DNA of 51,809 nucleotides, the filler included, from Sphacelaria rigidula (lineage: Eukaryota), in the NCBI GenBank assembly GCA_964200075.2. It is 3 parts of 3 records of this genome, joined end to end, with 100 filler letters (N's around TTAATTAATTAA, not from the genome) between each part and the next. Parts side by side here need not be neighbours in the genome. Positions count along the whole stretch, not along the records: positions 1 to 17,205 come from CAXNAA020001144.1; 2 more parts are not named here. One strand, written 5' to 3'. Shown piece after piece: positions 1 through 11,170 of this stretch. The position numbers and the translations under genes are program-made. Positions within the stretch are counted from its first letter, which is position 1. Each line of letters starts with the position of its first letter. The notes under the pieces are model-generated. The model did not search any database. It saw only the letters and a list, made by a program, of their open reading frames with translations, and was not told where the DNA came from.

Positions 1-37
1 TAATAATAATAAATAATAATAATAATACTGATAATAA
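1..37 (-). repeat. (TAA)n microsatellite, possibly the (TTA)n 3' tail of the RTE LINE
   Basis: taataataat... at the contig start, downstream of the minus-strand LINE. RTE elements typically end in short tandem repeats. Confidence 0.5.
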
Positions 38-1129
38 TGCGACGACAAACCAAAGTAGAGCCAAACTCAGGAACCAAAGATCCCCAACCATATCCTTGTA
101 CCTCCACTAGACTACTACACCGGAGCCGGGGTGTATTTCCCGCCGGGGTTACTTCGGCTATGCCCTCCCCCCAACCATATTTACAAGCTCTGGGGGGTCT
201 AATACTCAGCGGAGTTACACATGATACATATGAACCCAATTCCAAGACCAAAAGCACGGTACGTCACATCCTTATCATGCTGGAATATTACATGTCGGGT
301 TTTCACCGACCAGGTATACCCCGCCGTACGCAGACATTTGAGGCACAGCCATCTATACGAATACACTAGACATAACGAGAAAAGTACCGTAAAACAGCAC
401 ACTAAATAATTGGGGGAGAGGTGCAATGAAAGAAATTAGCACGAAAAACGGGGGGCTGGTGGGTAGTCCTGTACATTTCCGCCATGTTTAGTGCGGCACA
501 TGTCTAGCTACACGTTTTGCCTTCTCCGTCCTGCTCTCCTCAGTCTCATGGGTGTCCTCAGTTTTCGCTTTTTTCGCTTACTCCCCTGTTTATCCCTCCC
601 CCTTGCCCGGAGCTATCGTCGCTGCTGTGTTGGTTTCCTCAATGTCCCGTTAAATTGTACGTATTCGGCTGGCCTCCTCTTCGCCCTTGTGCCATGAAGT
701 AGGCCATGAACATCTCCTCTCCCTGCAGTGCCCCGCTTCTCGAGGCATTACCTCCTCCTTCGGTGCTGAGGGCCCGAGGGCGCTGTCAACTTCGGACGTC
801 TGTTGGTTGGCGTCCGTACAGCGTCCGCGGTTCGGAAAGCTTGGGGATCGCCCCTCAGGCACTTGAGCCACTTTTGCCCCGGGCACCCTGGTCCGGGATC
901 GCCCGCCCCCCTTCACGAGTGTTTCAAATGCCAGTCGCTTCGGCAGTCGTCCGTCTGGTTGTCTAGCCAGGGCTCCCGCAAACAGCAATCGCCGTTGTCG
1001 GATGATGGCTTATCACCCCGCTCTTCGTGCGCGTTCCACAGGTCTCTTCGCCGCCGTCCCCGTCTCCTCGTCGAGAGATATCATGCCGTTAAGGATGATG
1101 CCATCCTAGCTGAATCGCACGAGAACTAG

Positions 1130-1792
1130 ATCGAGCTCTGCTTCGGAGAAAATGTTGTACGGCAGCGGAGACAGCGTACATCCTTGCCGCAATCCCTGTG
1201 TGACCGTGAACCACTCCGAGAGCTTCCCGTCGCCTATGCGTACGCTGGCCTGCATGCCGTCGTGAAATTAACGGATAACTGGTATCATCTCATCCGAAGT
1301 GCCAGCTCTGGCCAGCGCTTGCCACAGAAGCTCTCGGTCGACCGGGTCACAGGCCTTGCGGAGGTCGACGGGGTCGACGAAGCACATGTACATCAGCATT
1401 CTCCGCCGTTGCCCCGGCTTGTGGAGTCAGCGCACTACAAATAGCATGTCGACGGTGGATCGATCAGGTCGGAAGCCTCACTGTTCCCTCAGCAATATCC
1501 CGTGGGCTTCGCAGTGGTCACAAAGGCGGCTGGCCACTACCTTCTGGAGCACCTTCCCTGCGCGCGAGACGAGTGAGGAGATCACTCGGTAGTCATTGCA
1601 GGTGAACCGACCCGATTTCTTGCACAACACTTCAATTGTTGCCTCTTTCGATCCCTGCAGGTTTTCCCCGCCGTTCCGTACTTTGACAAGGATGGCATGG
1701 AAGCGTTTGAGGATGATGGGTTCGGCGCGGCCGTCGATCTTGAGTAGCTCTACAGGGAGGGAGTCGTGCTCCGGTACCTTCCCCCTATGCAT
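1130..1792 (-). pseudogene. Reverse transcriptase domain remnant of the LINE (YADD motif absent)
   Basis: Motifs YRxIS, QxGFRPxRSTVD, FVDL-K-(Y)D and GLRQGCxLS are readable across stops and frameshifts. Confidence 0.88.
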
Positions 1793-2724
1793 CCCCCGGG
1801 ACTGCTCGTCTGATCATCTCCCGCGTTGGTGCTGACTCAAGTGGTACCGAACCTCCGGTGCGTGATGCGGCCGGTCGCTGCTTCTCCCCCTGGATAATGG
1901 TTAGCTTCAGCGTGGGCGATGTTGTGTTGTGCAGGGTGCGAGAGAGCTTCGCCCACCGTTTTAGTATCTCGATTTTCTTCCTCAGTAGAGCGCCGTTCTC
2001 GTCCTTGATGAGCTGCTGTCCCCCCAACTGCCACCGTCAAAACCCACCGATCTTTTGAGGTGTTTGTACAGCCCCTCATGTCACGATCCTTGTAGACGGC
2101 CTCTAGCCTCGCCACATACCTCTCCTGATGTGCAAAGACGTCTTCGTCTATTGCTGTATATACTCTGCACTGCCTCAAACACGGCCCTGAGTGCTTTCCA
2201 CGATCCCGGCGTCTGATTGTCCTTCATCAGTTGGCGTGCCTCCCGTCGCTTGGCAAGCGCTGCCTCTACTGTTGCTCTGGTATCGGAGATTTCACACCAT
2301 TCCGGCATACGTGGTATGCGCGTCTCTCCCGGGAGTGCGGTTGGCACTGCTTCGATACAAACTTCGTAAATTTCTTCACAGCCGCCGGTGTGGTTGTGGT
2401 TGACTGGAATGTTCGTCTGCTAAGGTTATGTAGGAACCTCTAGCGTACGTGCCACAGTGTCATTCCAACCTGGAGGTGCTGTCTGCTGAATTGCCGCGCT
2501 GTTTTGATTCGGTTTGTACGGTACGCTTGTGTGCGAGGCGGCTACCGAGGTCGACAGTGGAATCGCGTTGTACGTGTGTGAAATTCTGCCTTTGCGCATG
2601 CTGAAGAAGGTGTTCATGATGGCCAGTTTGTTGTCAGTTGCGGAAGGTAGCAGTAGTTTGCCGAAAGCCTTCAGCTCATCGCGTCCATAGGCGCCTAGGA
2701 CCCCTTCGTCCTGCAGACCCTGTC

Positions 2725-3225
2725 CTATTTTTTTCCCGTCCCCGCGTTGGCGTCCGTACACAAATACGCACACCCCGTTGACGGCATCCGCTGTGCGAGA
2801 TCGTCAAGTGCATCCCAAAATGCTTGTTTGGTTTCATCCTTGGCGACTTCAGTTGGTGAAAACGCAGCTATGGAACTAATCGCCCCGCTTTGTCCCGACA
2901 CCTCAAACCGCATTGTCATGAGGCTCTCGTCAACGCACACCGTGGTGAAGGTGGCATTGCCAATGGCCTCTTTGACAGCTAGCCCCACACCGTGTTGCCC
3001 ACCTGATTCGTTTTCAGAGCAGAAGACTCTAACCCCCGCCGCTGAGTAGTCTGTTCGTGCTGCCCTCGTTGTCTGCTGCAGTCCTACCACCGACACGTGT
3101 AGTCTCGGAGCCTGACGAAGGACACTGTAGTCGCGCCCACATCCGTTGGCTCCTTTCACAGCGAGAATTCTGAAGTTGTATGTGGCTACCTCAACAAGTT
3201 GACTCGGTTGCCTCGCCCGAGCCAC
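2725..3225 (-). pseudogene. APE (exonuclease/endonuclease/phosphatase family) endonuclease domain remnant of the LINE
   Basis: ATYN, GLQ(E>Q)T, GVGLAV and (Y>F)SPT motifs and DANA (from the GDFNA motif) are recognisable but mutated. Confidence 0.88.
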
Positions 3226-4092
3226 TCGTGCTGCTTTCTCAGCAAGTCTATGCCTAGCCGGGATCCTCCTCCTATTCCTCCTGCGTTCGCTTTTTTGTAT
3301 CGCTCTCTGGACTTTCCGGTTTTATGTGTTAATCAAGTTCTTGTCTTTGTTCACAGATTGGGACAACTTTCCTGCTCTGATCTACTCTCCTCTTTCCACG
3401 CTCCTGGTGTGGGTATCCACGAGGTGTGCATCCCTTCCTTCCCTGTCGAGGCTGTCCCCACTGCGGTCTCCGCTGGTCCATAACCCCGGGATCCACGCCG
3501 GGGCTTCAGGATCTAACCTCATGCTTCCGCGACCGTTGTTCGGAAACGATGCACACACGAACTTCGCGATCGCGGTGCCTCTTATCTCCTAAATCAGGCT
3601 CCCCGTCAACACGAGGCCCGGGCTCGTGTCTTCGCCGTCGTTGGATGGTCTTTGCGTGGTCTAAGATCGCTAGCGGACCTTTTCCCACCCCAGTTGGGGT
3701 AGACAGGGGGTGGTATCTCTAGTTTGATTCGACACGCGCTGGACTGAATCTCGCGATACATGTACCTCTCTCATCTCCCTAACTCAGGGCCTGAGCCGAC
3801 ACGAGGCTTGGGCTCGTGACTCCTGACTTTCTCTGCTCCGCCATCGTTGGCTTGGTGGTCTTGGTGTGGTCTAAGATCAACGGCGTTTTTCGGCCCACCC
3901 CAGCGGGGGGCAGGCCAGGAGAAGGAGGACGGATATATCCTCCCTTTAGTCCTTCCCACTTGTTGTCATGATTTACTATTGTGTTGAACAGGGCCGCTTA
4001 CGCGTGTTCGTACTCTCCTCTTTTTTCCTAACTTTCCCCTCCTTCGCTTTTCTCGGCTTTGCTCCTTCTCGCATTATTTATTTTGTCTCCCC

Positions 4093-4262
4093 TGTTTGTT
4101 GAGCTCAGCCCATCTGTTCTATCTCCATTCATCTACGCACTTTTTGTTACTCGTGTTTGTTGACCTTAGTCCATCTGCTATATCTCCATTCATCTACGCA
4201 CTTTTTGTTACTCGTGTTTGTTGAACTTAGTCCATCTGTTCTATCTGTATTCATCTACGTTC
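4093..4262. repeat. Tandem repeat, 61-bp unit, about 3 copies
   Basis: The unit tgtttgttga...ccatctg..tatct..attcatctacgcactttttgttactcg starts at 4093, 4154 and 4215. Confidence 0.9.
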
Positions 4263-5212
4263 TTCTTATTCTTATTTCTCGTTATTGTTGAACCTGATCC
4301 GTTCGTTCTATGCTCTCACATTCGTCTTCTCCCTTTCCCGAGTTTCCTTAGGCGAGCATTTAGACCTTGTTTGCCTGCGTTAAGTCCATCTTGCGACTAC
4401 GGCGGCATTCCTAAGGGATCAATTAATGTGCGGCAACCAACGTATCCTGGAGCAGGACATACGCGTATCACCCCGGTAATTATTGTTTCGGTCCTTCCGT
4501 TGCGTGGTGCTGCCTTCCACGGCTTTCATAGTGGAAGCATGGCGCGTGATGTGCATGTACACTTGAAATCTGATGAGGCCGCGTTTGAGTTAATGGTTTT
4601 ACTTTCCCCATCTATGTGGTGCTGCCAAGCCTGGGGAACGTTTGGCGATATAAACGTTCGTGGCAAGGTCTATGGTGCTGTTCATGCGCTCATCTATCAG
4701 TACGTCAAAAGACGATCCGCCCCCAAGACAGACATTGTATCTTACCACGCACCGGTCCACCGATCACGATTCGAAACCTGCCGTACCCGTATAGTCTAAT
4801 AGCAGCGCTTCCATGCATACTACGCACGAGTGTGTGCCCTTGCTCACAAGTTCTAGGGTGCATCGGTACCCTGCACAACGACTCAGGTCATATGATGGAC
4901 GATTGGTAAAAAACTGAAACGTTGGACTGTCAAGGATCCACCTGTGCCTCCTCCAAAAGCAAGACAAAAGTACATATGTGACAATCTGACTTTCATGGTG
5001 GTCCCTATATCACCTGAATGCCCCCAATCGTGTGCCCCTCCATCTTCCGTGGGACTGTCAGGCGAGATAAATATACCGAAAATTAACCTCGAGACTCAAA
5101 TGGCTCGAGTTTACTCCCGATCGAAAAATGGTTATACCACATGGTACTCGAAGCACAAGTCCAGCAAAGCCCTGACTGGTCACACCAATGGACGTAACGA
5201 GCCGACAGTCAC

Positions 5213-8200
5213 CTTGGCGTAGCGCTCCCGAGCCTCTTCTATCCGGCCGACACGGTGCAGGGCCACAGCAACTTCCAGCGTTACAACAGCATTTCCAGGG
5301 TCGAGGTATAACTGCGTGTGGCGGACGCAGCAAGATGGGGCAAACGACGTTGAATATTGGCTATCCCGAGCACGTATGTTTCGGTGTTGGGTGAACAAGA
5401 ACGACTACCGGGCTCTGTGGGGCGCATTTTAATACGCGTGCAGTAAAATCGCGTCCGCCGTGAAATATCAGCGCTTATCGGGGACGGGGGTGTCTGTATA
5501 TCGCCGGGGCACGATGTCCGTGTCGCTACTAACCCTCATACCTTTCCCTGTCAGTGTATGACGCAGATTTGCGCGCACATTGTAATTTGAGTTTGACCAG
5601 GACTACATGAAGGCTTCTCGTTTCAAATTGTCTATGGAATCATGACAAACCGAATGATATGCTCCAGAAAAAATCGGCAGCGATATTTCCCGTATTCTAC
5701 CAAATTGACCTCGGGTGCTACTCTACGTCCCAGTTCCTCCATCATTCGATCGGTTCAAACGAAATATCCACGCAGCGCAAACGACAAGAATCTTCCACGT
5801 ACAAAGAAGGCAAGACACGAGGCACGACGACTCACAGCACGTTCAAATCCCTTCAGCATTTCTTCGCCCGACACAGCGCGGTTTTTGCGGTCACTGCCTC
5901 TCTCGCCACCATCTTCGGGGATGTTTGCTGTGTCCCAATTAGCACGCTCCCAGTTGCTCTTGAGCAGCACAGCAAGCTCTTGCGCGATCTCGAACTTTTC
6001 AGGGTGGATTGCCAGCTCACTGCTTCGGAAGACCAGATCATGAGAGATGCAACGTGGTACTATGGCCAAGAGGAGACTGTGCATGCTTCCCTCATTTTTG
6101 AAACGGGGCTGTTCAGTGGGGAGATAGGTTCTACAGGGATGTGAGTTTTCGTTATCGGGTGTCTGAATCGGGGCATATTCGACTCCGGTTTTTGACCCCA
6201 AAACGGGAAAAGTCATCAATACATACCTTGGATACTGTACATCAACAACACTCGCGGAAGGCGGGGATGTGCAAGTTGTGATTGGCAAAGATCGGTAAAC
6301 TAGGCCAGGTGCTCAGGTGACTGTTAGCCCGCGGACAACGTGAGGAAGCACGTGTGGTAAATATTGCTTTCCATCATTCGCGACCTTTCCGGGGGGGATG
6401 TGCAGAGAGTTTGCACGGGGAAACCGTGAACGCACGAAAAGTCCATGGCATACACAACAAACATTGCAGTATTCATCGTGGCCTGCACATAAAAGACACT
6501 GTCCAGCACGCCAACTGCTACGCCCTCTGAATGGCATGACGTGGCGGTGCTTCACGATGTCACGAGTTGTAAAAATTCCAAACCTTGAACGCTGCCAACG
6601 TAAAAGTTGTGTGCATTTTGAAAAATTGCCCAACTACCAATTGTGCGTCTTGCCATTACATGATTCGCATTCTGGGCCGTTAAGGGCGCTCCAGAGGACG
6701 CTTTTCTCGATATTGAGGTTGATGATTGTTTCCATGGAAAAATACATACTCTCGCAGCAGTGCTTCTGCCTCTCCTCGCATTCTCCACTCCTCGTCTTCA
6801 TCGATATCTCTATGAAGACGTTTCCCATGCTGTTCCCGGCGAGAAGAACCTTTCATGGAGTGTTCCTCAATAGCAGGCGCTTGTTGGTGGCCTCTCTCCT
6901 TCTCTCCTGTGCCCGGAGGGATCTTCCTGTGGTACGCCCTTCGTTCGACGTCCGTTGCAAGAACTATGGCCAAGAGGCTGATGCCCAAGTTTGAAGATAC
7001 CTGTTGCATTGCCTGTCGCGTGCGTAACATTTCGCAGTCGTGTGAGCGAAACAAGAATCACCGCATTTTGTTTTGAAGCATTGATCGGGTTTCATGAGTT
7101 GGTAAACCTTCCGCACTTTGTGTTGTCATCGTCATACAACGTCGCAAGAGAACACACACACCGTGCTTCTCGGGTGTAAAGCTCACACATTTCCGATTTC
7201 CTAGCCGTACGCCGGCGTTAGGATCGCAATTCGCGAGCAGTTATCACAGCAAGATGCTTGGCGGGCCGGTCAAGGTACGTGATCAATTATTAGTGTATCA
7301 ACGCAACATTTGATACCGCGCCGCATGGGGACATGCACCTATCCTCGCCCCAGCCGCCAGTGAATGGATTGTTGACCATGGACAGTATTTTTCACAAGCA
7401 GAGATACCATTGCACAAAAACAACGAGGTTGATGTAGGAACGGATAGTCAATAACTGAGCTGACGGTATAAACCTAAGCGGTAAAGCGGGGTACTGTCTG
7501 TACTACGCTGTATCGGCGCGGTCTACATATTTATTCCGATTGAGTATGTGTCCTGTGCACTGTACGCTAATGATTATGCCCTGCCATTCTATACTCTACT
7601 GTGCCGCTTTCACTCCAGTCTGCTGACTACCCTGTACTATGGTTGGCAGGATCGGCCGCAATCAAATGTGCGATAGGTGGTGATCCTATTCCATTCATAC
7701 ATGTAAAAAGTTTAAATTGTGCTGATCTGTTTTCTACAGTATATGATGTCAATGAAAATGGATCTTCCGAGTAAGATGTTATTGAACCTGGATCCTTCGG
7801 AACAGACCTCGCTATTGGGGCGATCAAATTGTTCTTGATATGTGCATATACTGTGTGCATACTTAATTTATTTGAAGACTATGTGAAGTGATACTACTAC
7901 ACTGCACCGAATATCGTTGTTATCCCGTCGATCGAAATTCGTGCCTGGACACCAACGTGTATATAAATCGTGAAGGCCTTGGCTGGGATAAAGATAAGCA
8001 TTAACGCCAACCATAGAACAGGAAATCCAGAGTTGTAGTGAAAGCAAACATACAGTACTTGCAGGCTATCTGTTTCTGTGTTTCCATACGGTAATTGAAT
8101 GATATTTAGTTTCGTTCCAAGTACTACGAACATGACCCTTCGGAACACTTCGAGCGCTGCACAGTAGAAACGGTCCGATTGATCCCTCCTTCTAGCCGCA

Positions 8201-9892
8201 GACAGGTCCTTGCAGTACCGACCTTAAATCTCCATTTTCCCGTTCAAAACATATCTGAAACACTGCAGGCCATCCCTTTTGTGATAACGTGTGCTGAACG
8301 GGGCGCTGCTTGGCAAGACATGGTGGAGCAAGATTCTTACCTCACGTTCCAAGATTCCGACGCCTTCCGCTAGCACGCCTCTGAGTACGGAAACCGCGTC
8401 TTCTAGGTCTCCCTTCGCCCGCAGGATTTCCCCAAGATTACCCGTCATCTGCAAAATGTCGGCTCGGTTTCCCGCGGATGCTATGGCCGCCCGCACAAGT
8501 ATCTCTGCCTCCAAGAACATTGCACTTGCCCGCTCTGACCAACATTGAGATATCGGCAAGATAAGAAATTTTGCTCGTGACAGTTGGAATATACCCGAGA
8601 CAGACGTCGATATTTTGCGTTTCGGGGGCACTGCTTGAATCCAAGACACGGTATCGGCCATGGGTGGGCGATCTTATTGCGAGCTATGCGACGCATACAG
8701 AATGCCAACCCTCATTGCGGTGAATTCATCCTCTACTGTACCGTATTCTACTTCGCCAAACGTCGAAGTCCGACGGGCCCGCGCGTTTCGAGTGTCCCGC
8801 CTTGTTCGTGAAAATCCAGGAGAAAATTCGCCGCACATCATGACATAAATTTCGACATGAAACGGAGCGTCTGTGGTCCGGCGTCCGTTCAATAATATAC
8901 CCCAAAGCCAGTCGAGTTCAAGTGTCAGCACTTCTCTGGTCGAAAAAATCAGTTTGACAAAAATTAGCGCTGTGTAGAGACCCGGGAAATCGTTGATACC
9001 TTTGCTTTGGTTGTGGTGCGGTGTGACGCCGTAGTCGCTCTCGTTTCCACCCGAATGGTTGATGTCGTGATCCCGCAATACCGCCTTTCCTTGGCCGAGG
9101 CGTACCAATCCCATAAGATGCAGGGCATCTGGATCGGAGGGCAGTCGCTGAAGCGTACACGAGATCCGCACGTAGAGATTAGGAAACGACACTGAAGCCG
9201 AGGGAAATTGGTGTAGAACTCGAGAGCGAGTCAACAGCCGTAATTCGTTCATGTGATCACGTACCATTTTTCCATGTGTGACGTTTTGCGTTCGTACTGT
9301 CAAATGGGGCGAACTGTACAGCGGTGTGGTCGAACGACTGTCTGTCTCAGTGTAGCCCGATAATCGACACTTGAAACTTCACCAACTTCACTTGGTGTGC
9401 AGACCTACGAAAATCGGATAACCCACCATGTTTCCAGGATTGTGTCTGTGTAGTGTGCATATGTTGAGGTGAGATCATCGTGGCAGACGCTCGCGTGGTG
9501 GACCAAAACACTCCAAAGATTTCCAGCGGCATCCCTCGGCAAGTAATCTTGCCCAATTTCTCTGAACCCACGCGACGCGACCCGCTTCATTTTCCTAACG
9601 ATGTGCACAGTATCGACCCTTGCCTAGTTGAAAGTCTGAAGGTGCGCTCCAAGAATGGGAGTGAACGTACCTCAAGAATCCGCGAATATATCTGGGCAGC
9701 ATCCTCCAATAACCCCCTCCTGTGAAGGCCCACAGCCTCCAACAGCACCTCTTTGCAAAAAATACGGTTCGCATCGCCCAACCCGGCGGCCTCCGTCCAA
9801 CAATATACTTGGTGTGGTCCTCCGAAAGGGGTAATCCACACCAAAATCACTAGGTGCAAGAAGTGCCGCATGACAGAGGAAGCTCGTCCCAT
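5213..9892 (-). CDS. Multi-exon tetratricopeptide-repeat (TPR) protein with a hydrophobic N-terminus; some internal exons and the 3' end are unresolved
   Basis: GT-AG exons 9892-9671, 9147-9000 and 8534-8341 are phase-compatible with each other, as are 7000-6750, 6022-5836 and 5311-5213. The link between 8341 and 7000 is unresolved. Spliced TPR motifs: AVGLHRRGLLEDAAQIYSRILE|RLPSDPDALHLMGLV; GNLGEILRAKGDLEDAVSVLR; FERA|LYLDPGNAVVTLEVAVALHRVGRIEEARERYAK. Confidence 0.82.
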
Positions 9893-10489
9893 CCTGAAGT
9901 TTGCCTGTGCAGTCCACTTCGTGTACAAAAATGACAAAAATCCGGCAGCATCCGATAAACATGATGTTGAGTTCAGGTCTGAGGGCAGAGGGGGATGACG
10001 TCTCCACTACATGAATATCAAGTAATTAGTCAGTGGCGGTCTGAGACCATGAAAACAGAAATTACAGGTAACCTGCTAGATTTTCCTGACCAGACTTACA
10101 GAGAAATGTAGTTCACGCATCATAAGTTGTGTGCATGGGACTACCGCTGTGAATATGACAGCACCGCACTTTTCGAACTTCCGCGATGCTGGTCCCAGGT
10201 TGTTTGGACTATCCAACGACAAATACCTGTGGCACATGATGCTACTCTAGAAATATCTCGAACTCAAGGTTCCGTATATCTAGCAGTAAATTGCCCTTCC
10301 AGATACTGGGAACCTCGAGTTTGAGATACCTCTACTGACAGCGAAGAATCGCGCCATAGGCGACAGTCCTCTGCCGTTTCGGGCAGAGCACGGGGTAATC
10401 TTCGTACGAACAGTTGATTTTACATGTTTACGCGGCACACCTGAATCATGAGGCGAAAAAAAACTTAACTACACTGCACGTGTGTTGCC

Positions 10490-10950
10490 GTCGCAGTGGC
10501 CATATCCCACCGATTTCAGAACATTTGCAACTGTTTCACAATCATTCTTGAATCGGACCGGGGGTCTTCGGAGATTTTGGTCCTTTGGGATGTTTTTCCT
10601 CCCATAAGACGAGAACGACGAGGTACATGCAAGTATAACAATTGGTGAGAGAGGAATCGCCAGCACATCGCGCAACCAAAAGACAATATCTTCTGGTTGT
10701 AGAGTTCGGTATTGGGTATTGGGTCGAAAATATATTGCTCCCAATTCGCATAGGATATTTATTTATTTTAAGCGTGCTTCCTGGGCCCTACCTTGAAGAT
10801 GTTTTGGCCAATCTTATGCGAGAAAACATCTCCCAAAACTACTCAATCTGTCCGCATATTCCCGCATAGATATTCCAGATACGATGTATATTACCCAAAT
10901 GTATCCGATATCCTCAATATGTGGGATATGAACGCGGATATCACGCGATG
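10490..10950. repeat. Dispersed repeat (degenerate DNA-transposon derivative), inverted relative to 11850-12280
   Basis: agagttcggtattgggtattgggtcgaaaa is the approximate reverse complement of ttttcagacccaataccaaactct near 12030. gtatccgatatcctc matches gagggatatcgggtgc near 11912 in the same way. Confidence 0.55.
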
Positions 10951-11170
10951 TGTCTTCTTAAACACCAGAACACGCCTCATTATGTTGTCTCCAGACCCAT
11001 ATCCCTGGTGCGCAAGTAACAGTGGTGTCTTCTTATGTTATCTCCAGGCCCCAGATCCCTGGTGCGGGGCCAACCCTCACTGACAAGGAACGCCTGTTTC
11101 GGGGGAGGGGTTAACTCTCACTGAAAAGCGTAAGAGGCTGGCTGCAGACACCGCCGAGAACCTTATCTAC

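Larger units (their letters stand above)
650..3960 (-). mobile_element. Degenerate RTE-clade non-LTR retrotransposon (APE endonuclease + reverse transcriptase), frameshifted with stops
   Basis: Minus-strand fragments in the correct order: APE (VATYNFRIL..VVGLQQT..HGVGLAV..AFSPT, 2725-3225); GAYGRDEL/LAIMNTFF (2426-2773); RT N-terminus ([47 protein letters not shown], then GLRQGC, about 1150-1792); RTE C-terminus (RRLLFAGALARQPDGRLPKRLAF, about 900-1000). The 5' boundary is approximate. Confidence 0.92.

Noticed and set aside
4093..4262. CRISPR-like appearance of the 61-bp and 21.3-kb repeats
   Set aside because: No unique spacers, degenerate units, no cas genes and a eukaryotic context.
6059..6977. 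15-bp exact repeat actatggccaagagg at 6059 and 6963
   Set aside because: Too short and isolated to support a duplication or a TSD.
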